A stretch of DNA of 62,996 nt, filler included, from Olpidium bornovanus S191 (Eukaryota; Fungi; Olpidiomycota), in NCBI GenBank assembly GCA_017911155.1. It is 30 parts of 30 records of this genome, joined end to end, with 100 filler letters (N's around TTAATTAATTAA, not from the genome) between each part and the next. Parts side by side here need not be neighbours in the genome. Positions count along the whole stretch, not along the records: positions 46,675 to 48,309 come from JAEFCI010001256.1; positions 48,410 to 49,757 come from JAEFCI010010567.1; positions 49,858 to 51,939 come from JAEFCI010012581.1; positions 52,040 to 53,399 come from JAEFCI010009725.1; positions 53,500 to 56,867 come from JAEFCI010007123.1; positions 56,968 to 60,260 come from JAEFCI010006855.1; 24 more parts are not named here. The stretch is one strand, 5' to 3'. Shown one piece after another: positions 48,291 through 58,767 of the stretch. The position numbers were made by a program, and so were the translations under genes. How positions within the stretch are numbered: the first letter of the stretch is position 1; every line of letters begins with the position of its first letter. The notes beneath the pieces were generated by a model. That model made no database searches. It saw only the letters and a program-made list of their open reading frames with translations, and was not told the DNA's origin.

Positions 48291-48409
48291 CATTTTGTCC
48301 TCGCGCATGNNNNNNNNNNNNNNNNNNNNNNNNNNNNNNNNNNNNNNNNNNNNTTAATTAATTAANNNNNNNNNNNNNNNNNNNNNNNNNNNNNNNNNNN
48401 NNNNNNNNN

Positions 48410-49145
48410 CATGAATATGCGCGTCGGGGCTGACAACGAACTGGGCCAGAAACTTTTTGATTGGTACGCCCGCTTGCTTGAAGTGGCCGGGAAGAACTTT
48501 GGTCTCTCCAGGGCTGACGTCGGTGCAGCCCACTTGAATGCTGTGCATAGTACCCGTTACCGTGTTCTCCTTCTTGTTGAAAACTACTTGGCAGTTGTCT
48601 ACCTGTTGATCACGAAGAGTTGGGGAGGGGCGGTTGGATACGGAGTAGACGGATCAACAGGAGACGACATCGGCCCGCATGCGTACCCAACGTTCTGCAA
48701 TGAGGAAAAGAAAGACGGAAAGGCACCCCACCTTTAAAACTGTGCAGGCGATATGCACGCCCCACTTATCATACAAGGTCACCATGCCGGCTTTGCGGGC
48801 AAGCAGCCCAGTCCGCTTTTTCGTGACGTCCCACGTCGGAACCTCTTCCGGTATGGTAACGTCGAGGCACTTGCGGGACCCGCGCTGGCCATAGTAATGT
48901 CCTTTGTACGGTTTGAAGATTGGGCGCGCGCTCATGCATTTCCAGGGCTGGTCGGGGCTGATCCATTGCTTCCGGCGGCGAGTGCTGGCCGGGCGGAACT
49001 GAGTCTGCGGGCCGGTCCGCACGACGACGCCCGACTGCCGCACGGCGAGGCGCGGCGTTGTCTGAACAGCGAAGGACGTTCTAGGCACGACGGCGCCGAG
49101 GCGCAACGACGCAAAGGGGGCCAACTTCACGGAGGAGGCGGACAT
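48410..49145 (-). CDS. MRPL3: Mitochondrial ribosomal protein uL3m, 5' part
   Basis: Presequence; RTGLLARKAGMVTLYDKWGVHIACTVLK (donor after 48732); IQVG...GHFKQAGVPIKKFLAQF.V.PDA. Confidence 0.92.
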
Positions 49146-49623
49146 GGTCAAACGGAAGGTTCGGAGGGTGGGCGAAAATCCCTCCACTGAGGCGCGATGC
49201 CGAAAAATAGAGATGTTCGACCTCCTGGAGTTTCTTCTTCTTCTCCGCAGACCCTGCCTGGCGGGGGCGTGCGCCTTCTACAGGCCTAGTTCCGGAAGAG
49301 AACGCCGGCGGCCTTGCTGGCAGAGCGGGACGCGTAGAAAGACGATGCGAAAGGGCGCGCGGACGTCCGCTGTCGCGTGGCCCGTTGGCGCCCGCGTCGA
49401 AGGCCCGGGAGGGCTCGCCGGGCACGGTGTTGGCAAGCGGAGAGAGGCCGAGGCGGTCGTCGTCTGTTGTCCCCTCCAAACCGGCGCCGGAAGGTCGAAT
49501 TTCTCCGAAAAGAAAAACGGAAAAAAAGAAGAAAAAAAAAATGCTTTGCGTCCTCGAAATAGCGAACCAGCCGCGCAGAGAGAGCGCGGCGGAAGTAGCA
49601 GCCGGGAGGAGGGGCGGAAAAAG

Positions 49624-49693
<70 letters not shown>

Positions 49694-49923
49694 CGCGCCC
49701 GCTGCTGCTGGTAGCAGAAAGCGACCGAATGGGCGGAAAATAACAAAAAAAATAAAANNNNNNNNNNNNNNNNNNNNNNNNNNNNNNNNNNNNNNNNNNN
49801 NTTAATTAATTAANNNNNNNNNNNNNNNNNNNNNNNNNNNNNNNNNNNNNNNNNNNNCATGACGTCACGTAATTGCGCAGCGGGTGCACCTGATGTGGCC
49901 GGTTATCAAGGTGCAATCTGACA

Positions 49924-50603
49924 TCACGTGATCATTATGACGGCCGCAGTTTGGCAGGAGAAGGGTTTGACTGCCCCGCCGTGACAGGTGGCAGAGAGAC
50001 CAGTTAGTTTGTTGACTGCTAGATCCAGGTTCTCTTCGCAGCTGAACTTGTCAATGAAGCTGGTTAGTGCTGCCGCACCGCCGGTTCTCACATGCGTTGG
50101 GATTGTCCCCGGCAACGTCCATGCCAAGAGGGTGTTTAGTTTCCCCTCGCATGGTGTTGCATGCCTGCTTTCTTGGTCGTTGTTGGGGAACCTTAACTCA
50201 GGTTGAGCTAGTTACGCAATTGTGGTGCAATGGTCTGCGAGTTTCCGTTGCAGCGCCTCGACTTGTTGCTTGAACGCATCGTTCTCGGCGTCTTTGAGTC
50301 GTCCTTCTTCTTGGCGTGCCCTCTCCTTTTAAAGGCGGACGGTGTCGACAATCCTCTGTGAACGGGCAGACGGTCTGGCCAGTTTTGACATGTGCGAGAC
50401 AGCAGAGAGTTCCGAGTCATGTGAGGTGGTTGGTGGCGCCGTGCCTCTGGGGGCCAGGTGCCGCCTTCCCTCCTTGCTCTGCGGGGGTTGCGAAGTCCTC
50501 TAGTGAGGCTCCTTCTCTATGCCCTTTCAAGGCCAGTCTCCAGCGGTTCACCTCCATGCTCTGCTATATTTTGACATTCAGCCTGTGGGTTGGGCTCATG
50601 ACC
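49924..50603 (-). mobile_element. Second copy of the LTR-gag family seen at 12287-13080, extending into a capsid-like region
   Basis: PBS-like GGTCATGAGCCC at 50592-50603. MEVN.W, TS.DS..SA.S..S.L..R...RS.RIVD.V and DAEN..(L/F)K.QVEALQR.LADH are shared with the first copy, followed by IPTHVRTGGAAALTSFIDKF. Confidence 0.75.
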
Positions 50604-50909
50604 CATTTGGATTCGGGGTTTGAGGAAGCGGCTCCATTCCTCTGTACTTTCTGCCCTGCTTTACAGGGAGGAAGGAATTCAGAGCGCGGGAAATGGGCGG
50701 GCGTGGTGCTTCCCGCTCAGCCCCCTCTTCTCGCCCTTTTCCGTCACCCGCACGCCCCTTCCCTCCTTCCCCCCCGCCCCCCCGCGCCCCCGCCCCCGCC
50801 CCGCCCCGCCCACCCTGCTCTTCCCGGCTCCATACGAGAAAACAGCTGATTCAGAAAGATCAGACGAAGAAAACACTTTAGGAACAACCAGGCGAGCCAT
50901 CCCGCGAAA

Positions 50910-51939
50910 ATGTCGTGCGGAACGCTGATCCCCGACGCCGAGGCGCTCAAAGCCGCGGCTCTGTGGAAGAAGATTTGCCAGCCCGAGCCGCTCAGTGAGT
51001 TTTTACGAATTGCTTCCCCACGCGCCGCGTCCGGGTTACGATGGGGAGCAACGCGTCTTTCCGCCGTCGCTTGCGTGGGGGGGGGGAGGGGAGGTGGGAA
51101 AGGATGGGCGGCTGTGACGTGAAATAAAAGCGACTAGCGCGCCTCGCGCAAGCGAAGGCGGTTGGCGGGTCGCGCAAAAGAAAAAGCGGGCAAAAAACTT
51201 TTCTTTTTTTCTGTGACGGCGGGGAAGGAAGCGCGCGTAACCTCCATCATCAGAGAAATTGGCGAGCGCGCTGCCTGTCTGATCGCCACCGTAAACTACC
51301 GTTCCCCATTATAAATGCGTGACGTGAATTCCCCGCACGACCGCGTACCTGCCGTCCGAACATTATATACTTTCGCGTCATCTCGTTCTGACTTCACTTG
51401 CCCCGCTCAGCCACCGAGGCAGTGCAGCAGTCGTTCGTTCGGCATATCTCAACGACCCTGGCTCGCACTGTGTACAATACCGACAAGCTGGCGGCCTACA
51501 CGGCCGCTGCTCATTCGTAAGTGGAAACTCTTTCGCCTTGCTACATAAAGAGCCTGCGGCCGTCTGTTGCTGACGTTGTCCGCCGGTCTACAGCGTCCGC
51601 GATCGGCTGATCAAAAATTGGAACGACACCCAGCATGTTAGTTTTACGTAAAATTTGAAGACCTGACGGTGTCCTTTGCACAGATGGCGCTAATACTCTG
51701 ATTTCGCCGCAGTTCCACTCGGACAAATACCCTAAACGCGTTTATTACCTTTCTCTCGAGTTCTTGCTCGGTCGCTCCCTGGACAATGCATTGCTGTCTA
51801 TGGAGGCCAAGAAGGTGTACGCTGGTATGGTTACATCCTTGCGGGACAATATAATATGTTTGTGTAAGAGCATTTTGAATGCCTATAAACCTCGAATATC
51901 GTACAGGCGGGTTGGACGAACTGGGCTTCCGGCTTGAGG
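50910..51939 (+). CDS. GPH1: Glycogen phosphorylase, 5' part, multi-exon
   Basis: QSFVRHISTTLART.YN.D..AAY.AAAHSVRDRLIKNWNDTQ; PKRVYYLSLEFLLGRSLDNALL; LDELGFRLE. Confidence 0.96.
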
Positions 51940-52289
51940 NNNNNNNNNNNNNNNNNNNNNNNNNNNNNNNNNNNNNNNNNNNNTTAATTAATTAANNNNN
52001 NNNNNNNNNNNNNNNNNNNNNNNNNNNNNNNNNNNNNNNGAGGGAGGGGGGAGGGCAAGGAAGGGAGGGGGAGAGGGAAGGGGGAGAGGGAAGGGGGAGG
52101 GGGGGGGGAGCCGCACGAATGCGCAGAAACGTCAGCGTTTTTTTTTTTTTTTTTTTTTTCCTTGAAAAGGCGCGCGCGGGAAACAAAAACAAAAACGTGA
52201 ACGCCCTTTTCCTTCTCTTCCCCCGTCGTTGTCCGAGAGGCAAACGCTCCTTCCGACCCTTCCTCGGTGGTGTGGGCGGCCGCTAAGCG

Positions 52290-53399
52290 ATGAGGACCCT
52301 CACTCTCGGCCTGCTGCTTACCGCCGGAACCCTGACCGTGCTCGGGGTCGGGTACGCCGTGCACTTCGACAGGAAACGGAGAAAGGACCCGACCTTCAGG
52401 AAGCAGCTCCGTGAGTTGCAGAGATGGGTGGCGGCCCCCATCACCTTCTATCCCCGGCGTGCGGCGGAGGTGGCGGGGCGCGTCTGCGAACGCCGTCGCG
52501 ATGTGCCTCCGTCGCTGCCCTGCTTGTTCCTTTTGGTTCGGCGCCTTGTTGCCAGTTGCTAATTTCTGCGGTCCGACCGACGTGCGGCGGTACGAAACCG
52601 CGCAGGGCTCGATAAAAAGAGGGCCGCGATGGCAAAGAAGGCTTCTGAAGCGCATGAAAAGGAGGCCGCCGCGGCCGCGGTTAGCAGCCTTCTCAAAGCC
52701 GCTGAGGCGGATCAGCTTCCCCACAGCATCGAGGACAGGGAGGCGTACTTTATGCAGCAAGTTGGCGAGGGCGAGGCTCTCGCTGCTCAGAGCGTCTCTT
52801 CGCCGGCAGCGCTTCAGCAGGCCGCCCTTTGCTTCTACCGCGCACTCAAGGTTTACCCGTCGCCGGTCGAGCTTGTAATGATTTACCAGAAGACTCTCCG
52901 GAAGGAATTGTTCGATCTGGTTATGGCGATATTTTCGGCAGAAATGAAGAAGAAGCAAGACGAGTATTACGAGTCCTTCCCGCCGCGCGACATGAATGTT
53001 TTCGCCAAAGAGTTTGAGGCTGGGGTTTCCGCTGACGGGACCAAGATTTTGCGCAAGGGACTTACGGCGGCTCGCGAACTGAAACCGGGAGAAGTTATCT
53101 ACACCGAGAAACCCGTTGTGTCCTGCCTGCAGCCCGCGCTGGAGGTGTGTGCGGGATGAAAATCTGGAGTTGCGCTGTTGGATCGCGTACTGGGTTGTCC
53201 TTATGGTTGGCCTGATTAATTCGCCTGTTCTCTCATCTAACGCTACCTTGTTCGAAAGGGCATATTCTGCTCTCATTGCATGAGACAATTGCCCGACGAC
53301 GCGTTCGAGATCATCGATGCCGCGGAAGTGGAACTGACCGCGAATAGCGGAGTGCTGGTTGGTAAATCCGAGCTGGCCGAACCCGAAGCCGACCAGTCC
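52290..53399 (+). CDS. TOM20: Tom20 (MAS20 domain) fused to a SET/MYND (SMYD-like) domain, 3'-truncated; exons 52290-52410, 52606-53144, 53259 onward
   Basis: TM plus GYAVHFDRKRRKDPTFRKQL; EAYFMQQVGEGEAL...AALCFYRALKVYPSPVELVMIYQKT; then, in the same exon, RKGLTAARELKPGEVIYTEKPVVS, and FCSHC in the next exon. Confidence 0.9.
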
Positions 53400-53501
53400 N
53401 NNNNNNNNNNNNNNNNNNNNNNNNNNNNNNNNNNNNNNNNNNNTTAATTAATTAANNNNNNNNNNNNNNNNNNNNNNNNNNNNNNNNNNNNNNNNNNNNA
53501 C

Positions 53502-53624
53502 ATGTACTTCAACTACCGCGGCGGCCAATACTGCGAAAGGCACGTCGCGGGGACCCAGCGGGGAAGAAACGCGGGAGTCGCGAGCGGGAATACCAAGTAC
53601 TCGGTCGTCGCCCTGGGAAGATGA
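53502..53624 (+). CDS. Probable C-terminal end of a LIM-domain protein
   Basis: YFNYRGGQYCERH matches the second half of a LIM finger, followed by a stop. The fragment is very short. Confidence 0.45.
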   Translation: MYFNYRGGQYCERHVAGTQRGRNAGVASGNTKYSVVALGR

Positions 53625-54689
53625 GCTGCCGGCAAACCTATCTTTATTCCCGGCGTCTTATTCTTTGACCTCTGGGTTTTCTTCCCATATTTTCCTTTTT
53701 GACTATTACTTTTCTGCCTTCTGCTGCAATATCCCGCATCTTTACTTTTTTGTCTGCCTCATTTGTTTTCGCCAATATTCGTCAATACGCTGCCTTCTCC
53801 ACGACCTTCAAGATTTAGCGCGTTCCCCCTCCCCCCTCCCCTCCCATCCCCTCCCCTTCTACCCCGACCCTCCCCCACGACCCGCCACTCCCGTTTCCCT
53901 CCTCTCCCATCCCGCCAGATTCCCTTACGAAAGCCCAGTTATGAAACATCATTGCCCTGCGACCAAATGAAAAATACCACACCTCTAGGCTTGATCATTA
54001 CCTATCTGAAAATTGTTACAACGATGATTGGTAACAACGAGGAAAAGTGCTAACCAAATAATGCCCATCTGTGCAACGGCGGTGTTGGTGATGGTGCGGG
54101 CACGGGGAAGGTGGGTGGGCAGGGGGTTCATTTTTGGCTGGGAAAAATGCTGGGGTCACCCGGCGTTTTTGGGATTTTGAGTATCTTGGTACTGGTCAGC
54201 TGCCTGATGGTCCCCTGCACCGGTAAACCTCGTGACTGGTGGACGTTCTCGAAAGACAGCACTCTCTTGTTTTTATTCTGCCATTCATTGGTCCCGCTTT
54301 CAGCGAGTATGTCATACTTGTGCTTTCTATCTGGCGCACTTGCTGATACTTAAACTTTAATTGATTGGGAGCTCTTGTTAGTCACTGTGGTGTCTGGATC
54401 CCCTTTAAGGGTTGGTTCTATTGTCCATACCTTTCTGCGGCTTTCGCTCTGCCTCCAAAAATACTCCAACTGCACTAAAACCCATCTTATTCTTTTCTCC
54501 TTTCACTCTTGTCGCACTCCACTTGTCTTTTCACGTTTCCAGGGCCCTCGCAAAGCCAAAAGACACAAAAAGAAAAACAATGAATTCAAAATTCACGTTT
54601 TCTAGCTTCTAACACATAGGAATGTTTTCATAGTCCATTGTTGAGACGCGGTCGTAATCCGGTTTCATGTGATCGGACGCACAGCTGAC

Positions 54690-55212
54690 TATGTAAATTG
54701 TGCACAGCTTACGTTCCACATCCCGGGCGTCGTAACGCATGTTGTAGCGAGGTTGCCAGTGACTGCCATCAGCGCGAACGTCGGTCGATGCATTCTGTTC
54801 ATATTAATCATTGCATTCGTTTCCGCTGCGGGCTGCCGACGATTCTGATTCTTATTGGACCTGCATTTTGCGGGCACCTACCTCCGAGATGGCCTTTTTT
54901 TTTTTTTTTTTTTTTGCAAATTTTGCAAATGGCGTCGCCAAAGACAAACAATTTGCTCTGTCTTGGTCTTGAAGCGTGTGCGGCCTTCGTATTCCCTTTC
55001 TGAGGGTTGTTGTTCCGTTGATCCGGCATCTTCTTCTGGCCGCTGAATTTGTCGTTTTTAATGTTGTCCTGCTCTTGATTTTTTTTTTCGTTTCGACCTT
55101 GTGAAGTTCGATTCGGCCGAAATACCTGTTTTCGGCCATAAGACGCTGGCGGATAAACGCACGACCAAATCCTGGGCTTTTGAATCAAAGTAGGTTCAGG
55201 GAAATGGGTCAA
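54690..55212 (-). mobile_element. Degenerate retroelement gag C-terminus (CCHC knuckle), possibly followed by a protease remnant
   Basis: ICKIC-K(n)-GHLGGRCP becomes CX2CX4HX4C if the A-run is shortened. It is preceded by an N/K/Q-rich linker. Confidence 0.55.
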
Positions 55213-55752
55213 TAATTATCTAAATTCCTGAGTAATCGCTTAATGTACGCCGTAATGAACGACAGGTCATCATCATCGGCGCCAGGTTTTTGTTGGAAAG
55301 TGTTAAAGAAATGCAGAGGATGCGCCGAGGCCCGGATTTACGAACGACGGCAGCGTTGACCACGAGGTCGCGTGATGCGCACGGCGAATGGTTCTGAACC
55401 GCTATTCCTGCCGTGTCTCGTTCAGTGTGTTTCCCGTGTTCCTCCTCGTAAGTCACAAGAATGACGGCGGAAAACATCATCCCTCTTCTTCGATCCCACG
55501 GCTCGAGTCCGCCGAGCGAAGTCGGCCTTTCGCTTTTGCTGATGTCATTCAGAATTTATGCCGTTTTCGCTGTTACTTTTTCGGGTTTACATCTGGCAGC
55601 CCATTTGAAATGTTTACTTCTTCTTCCGTCTTCCCCGCTTCCGGCCCGCCGCCTACCCCGCCCACACCCGCCGTGACGGAAAAGCGGCGAGGCCCGAAAC
55701 GCGCGCGTGCCGCCGGGGAAGCCGAAGGCGGGCAGTGACTGACGACGAGCAA

Positions 55753-56505
55753 ATGGCGGAGAAGGCCCTCCTTGACTTCCTGCGCAGCCTGCCGCAGTAT
55801 GGCGTCATACGGTTTACCTCGTTGCCGGGGAGGAGGAGGTTCTGGCACATCGATATGCCGGACGAGTGGCAGGAGGCAACCGGGAAAATCATGGAGATGC
55901 TGGAGGACATGCACCGCGAGAAACCGACGAGTCAGCTGACGGCAGCCGCCGACGCCGCAGACCGGAGTCGCTCGGAAGCAAGGCCGGGAGACGACCGAGG
56001 TTTGGGGGGGATTCCGCTTTTGGAGACTCCGGCCCCACCTGCCGTCCTGCCTACGGATAACTCTCCTCTGGCAGCAGGCGAGGCAGCCGTGAGAACAGCG
56101 GGTGCTCCTCGGTCCGAATCCGCTTTGGAGGCATGCACCAGCCCTTTCCCCTACGCTGTCCACCTCTGCGACAGCGTCGAGAAGTTGCGTAGTGAGCTCC
56201 GGCGGCGGAATATCCAGCACGGTCCAATGGGGTTTTACGGGCCCCTGAGCAACCTCCACGTCTCAATCGGAGGTCCCAAAATCGAGGGGCGGAGGGTCAA
56301 CCTCTTCGTCCAGCAGTTTTTCAGCCACCAGCACGGAAGAATAGGTTACCCTTCGTTGCAGTGCGATGACACCTACCACGCCCGCCGGTTCCTCGTTAGT
56401 GTTGCGACCGACAACAACAACGGGCGCGCAGGTGGCATCATAAAAAGGCCGACGACTCGATCGCTCCACGTCACGCTGGGGTACTATGGAACGAGGAAAC
56501 TGTAG
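55753..56505 (+). CDS. Intronless hypothetical protein with two 2H-phosphoesterase-like motifs
   Basis: ATG 55753 to TAG 56505 (250 aa). NLHVSIG (His codon at 56257) and SLHVTLG (His codon at 56467) are 70 codons apart. Confidence 0.65.
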   Translation: MAEKALLDFLRSLPQYGVIRFTSLPGRRRFWHIDMPDEWQEATGKIMEMLEDMHREKPTSQLTAAADAADRSRSEARPGDDRGLGGIPLLETPAPPAVLPTDNSPLAAGEAAVRTAGAPRSESALEACTSPFPYAVHLCDSVEKLRSELRRRNIQHGPMGFYGPLSNLHVSIGGPKIEGRRVNLFVQQFFSHQHGRIGYPSLQCDDTYHARRFLVSVATDNNNGRAGGIIKRPTTRSLHVTLGYYGTRKL

Positions 56506-56967
56506 GATGCGACGAACCGGGCGCTGCACAAGGGCGAGAATTGGGATACAGAGGCAGACGGGTCAGGCTGGAGCAAGGAAATGAACAGCGCTTGAGTGGA
56601 CTCGTGCTGCTGTGGATATCTGCCAACCGAACGCCCAAACAAATTCCTGATACACGGCCGCGAAGCAGCCGGTCATCGGAGCGCAAGTTGACGCCGATGT
56701 CGTCCAATGCCCGTGCCTTTGTTACGCTTTCATTCTGGTTTTTCCGGTTGAGAATGACGGCATCATCGCCGGCGTCATCCTCGAGTATTCCCACCAAGGC
56801 CTTTCTTGCAGTCACTCTGGCAAAAATTCGCCATTCCCTGTGGTAATTCGGAGGCGTATGGCGCATGNNNNNNNNNNNNNNNNNNNNNNNNNNNNNNNNN
56901 NNNNNNNNNNNTTAATTAATTAANNNNNNNNNNNNNNNNNNNNNNNNNNNNNNNNNNNNNNNNNNNN

Positions 56968-57897
56968 CCCGCCGCAATTGCAATTCGGTCTGTCGCATCA
57001 AACAACGTCGCAAACCTAATGACTCTATCACAATCTTGCACGTCTCGTGCTGCACCTCCTTTCCGAGCCGCTCCGCACGAACCGTTTCCAGAATTTGCTG
57101 AATGATCCTGTTGCCGTGCGACTGCTTCGTCTTTAGAACCACGTTTTGCTTCCATATCAGAAAAGCTAGCTGAAAACGCGTTTTGCGGGCGGCAGGTTAA
57201 ACGGGAATCTTTACAGCGAGCAAATGCGACATTGAACCGAGATCTGCAGCGGAACCACAGCAGCATTGCTGCCAACCTCCAAAACCACTCCTCACCGACT
57301 CAATGCTCTGCCTCCGGTACTTGCCGCGATCGGCTGGGGGAGCTCGCGTTTCGTCGGGGTACCCGGCTTCCCTCGCCCTCGTGAACTTGTTCAAGTAGGC
57401 ACAGAAGGAGTCGACGACCCGGCTGGCCACATAGTACTTCTCCCACTCGGCCGCATACGCCGCCACAACGTTTTCCCGGTCGAGAATCCCCTGGCGCACG
57501 GTATTTGTGAAGTCCACAAAGAAGTCGGCAATGCCCTGGAACAATTCTACGGTGTATCCATCCAAAATCAGACCGCTCTCCGACGACCGGCGGGCGTTGC
57601 ACATGTCATAAACGAGCCTGAAAGGCGGCCACACGGCAAACCGGGAAGGAAAGGTCACAAGAGGAGGCGACAGGTGAGGCTCCCAATGTTAGCTGCTGTG
57701 CGTCCTGGAGCAACGCCGTTGGACGGAGAAGGGAAAGGCCGGGGGAGAGGGAGGAAGGTGTTGCGCGCGGAAATCCTTAACTGGAATAGGTTCATCCCGG
57801 AGACTCTGTCCACGCCGGAGAAGGAGTAGATCTTCTTCACGTCGGCGATGAAAGCGGTGAAGCAGCAGTTGAAGTCGATCCTGCGCGGCGACGACAT
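56968..57897 (-). CDS. Cullin N-terminal region, CUL2-like; exons 57782-57897, 57296-57617 and the next exon
   Basis: MSSPRRIDF...Q|LVYDMCNA...YAAEWEKY..AS..VDSFCAYLNK...LAFLIWK...IL..VRAERLG...IVIESL; frame-consistent GT-AG introns. Confidence 0.8.
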
Positions 57898-58767
57898 GTC
57901 GAGGAAGCCTGCAGTTCTTGCCGGATATGTAAGCCGTCCTCTCCGCTCCTGACAGTTCCTGGCCGCCGGTCTCCGCCACGGCGGGAGTTGGGCCGCGGCC
58001 TAGTTCTCGTCGAATTTTACTGTCTCCGGCCCAGGGCGGACGGAGTGCGGGGAGCCAAGGTTCCGTCCTTTCCCAACGGGTGACACACGTGACCGCACGT
58101 GACGCAAGCTTCTCTCGACCGCCCGATGGAAAAAAGTTTTGAGGAACGTCGTCTTGTCACGGGAGGGGCTGACGCCCGCGGGAGCCGTTGCTCCGCGACC
58201 TGCTTCCGTTGGATGGCGTCACGGTGCCGTCATCCGCTTATTATCACAAACGGAACGGGCCGGCTGTTTACGCAGATGAAAGACGTGCATTAGGAGTGTC
58301 ATCGGACCCAAAAGATCTACGAGATCTGCGAAGGGATCCAGCGCAAACCGCAGCGCATGGTGTGCCGCAGCAGTAGCAACAACCGTCCCCCCGCACGCCG
58401 GGGCGCGTTGTACCGTCCTGTGGTTAGTAATTCGCAGTGTGCAGCGCGCGGTGTGCAGCCGGCCCTCGACCGGTTTTTTTTTTCCCTGGGATCCGCCGGC
58501 TGCCACGGAAACCGTGGTTTCGGGCGCCTCCACGTGAGAGCTCCGGGAGCCGCCACTGCGCTCCGGTGCCTTCTGCCGAGGCGGAATCCTCTCCCGAGTC
58601 CTTTTCGCAAGCCTCCAGCCGCGTTCGTCGGGCTCGGAGCCCAGCCGCACCGCACGCGCAGATCGACCCCCGGCGGATCCGCCGGGCCTCCGCCGTTGCA
58701 GCGCCGAAGCCTCACCCATAGCTCGCCGAAGTGGAGCCGCCGTGAAGGAAAGCAGGCTACAGCCCTC

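Noticed and set aside
53502-53624. Joining this LIM tail to the paxillin-like gene at 7527-8753
   Set aside because: Plausible, but they are on separate contigs and fungi have several LIM proteins, so it cannot be shown from this window.
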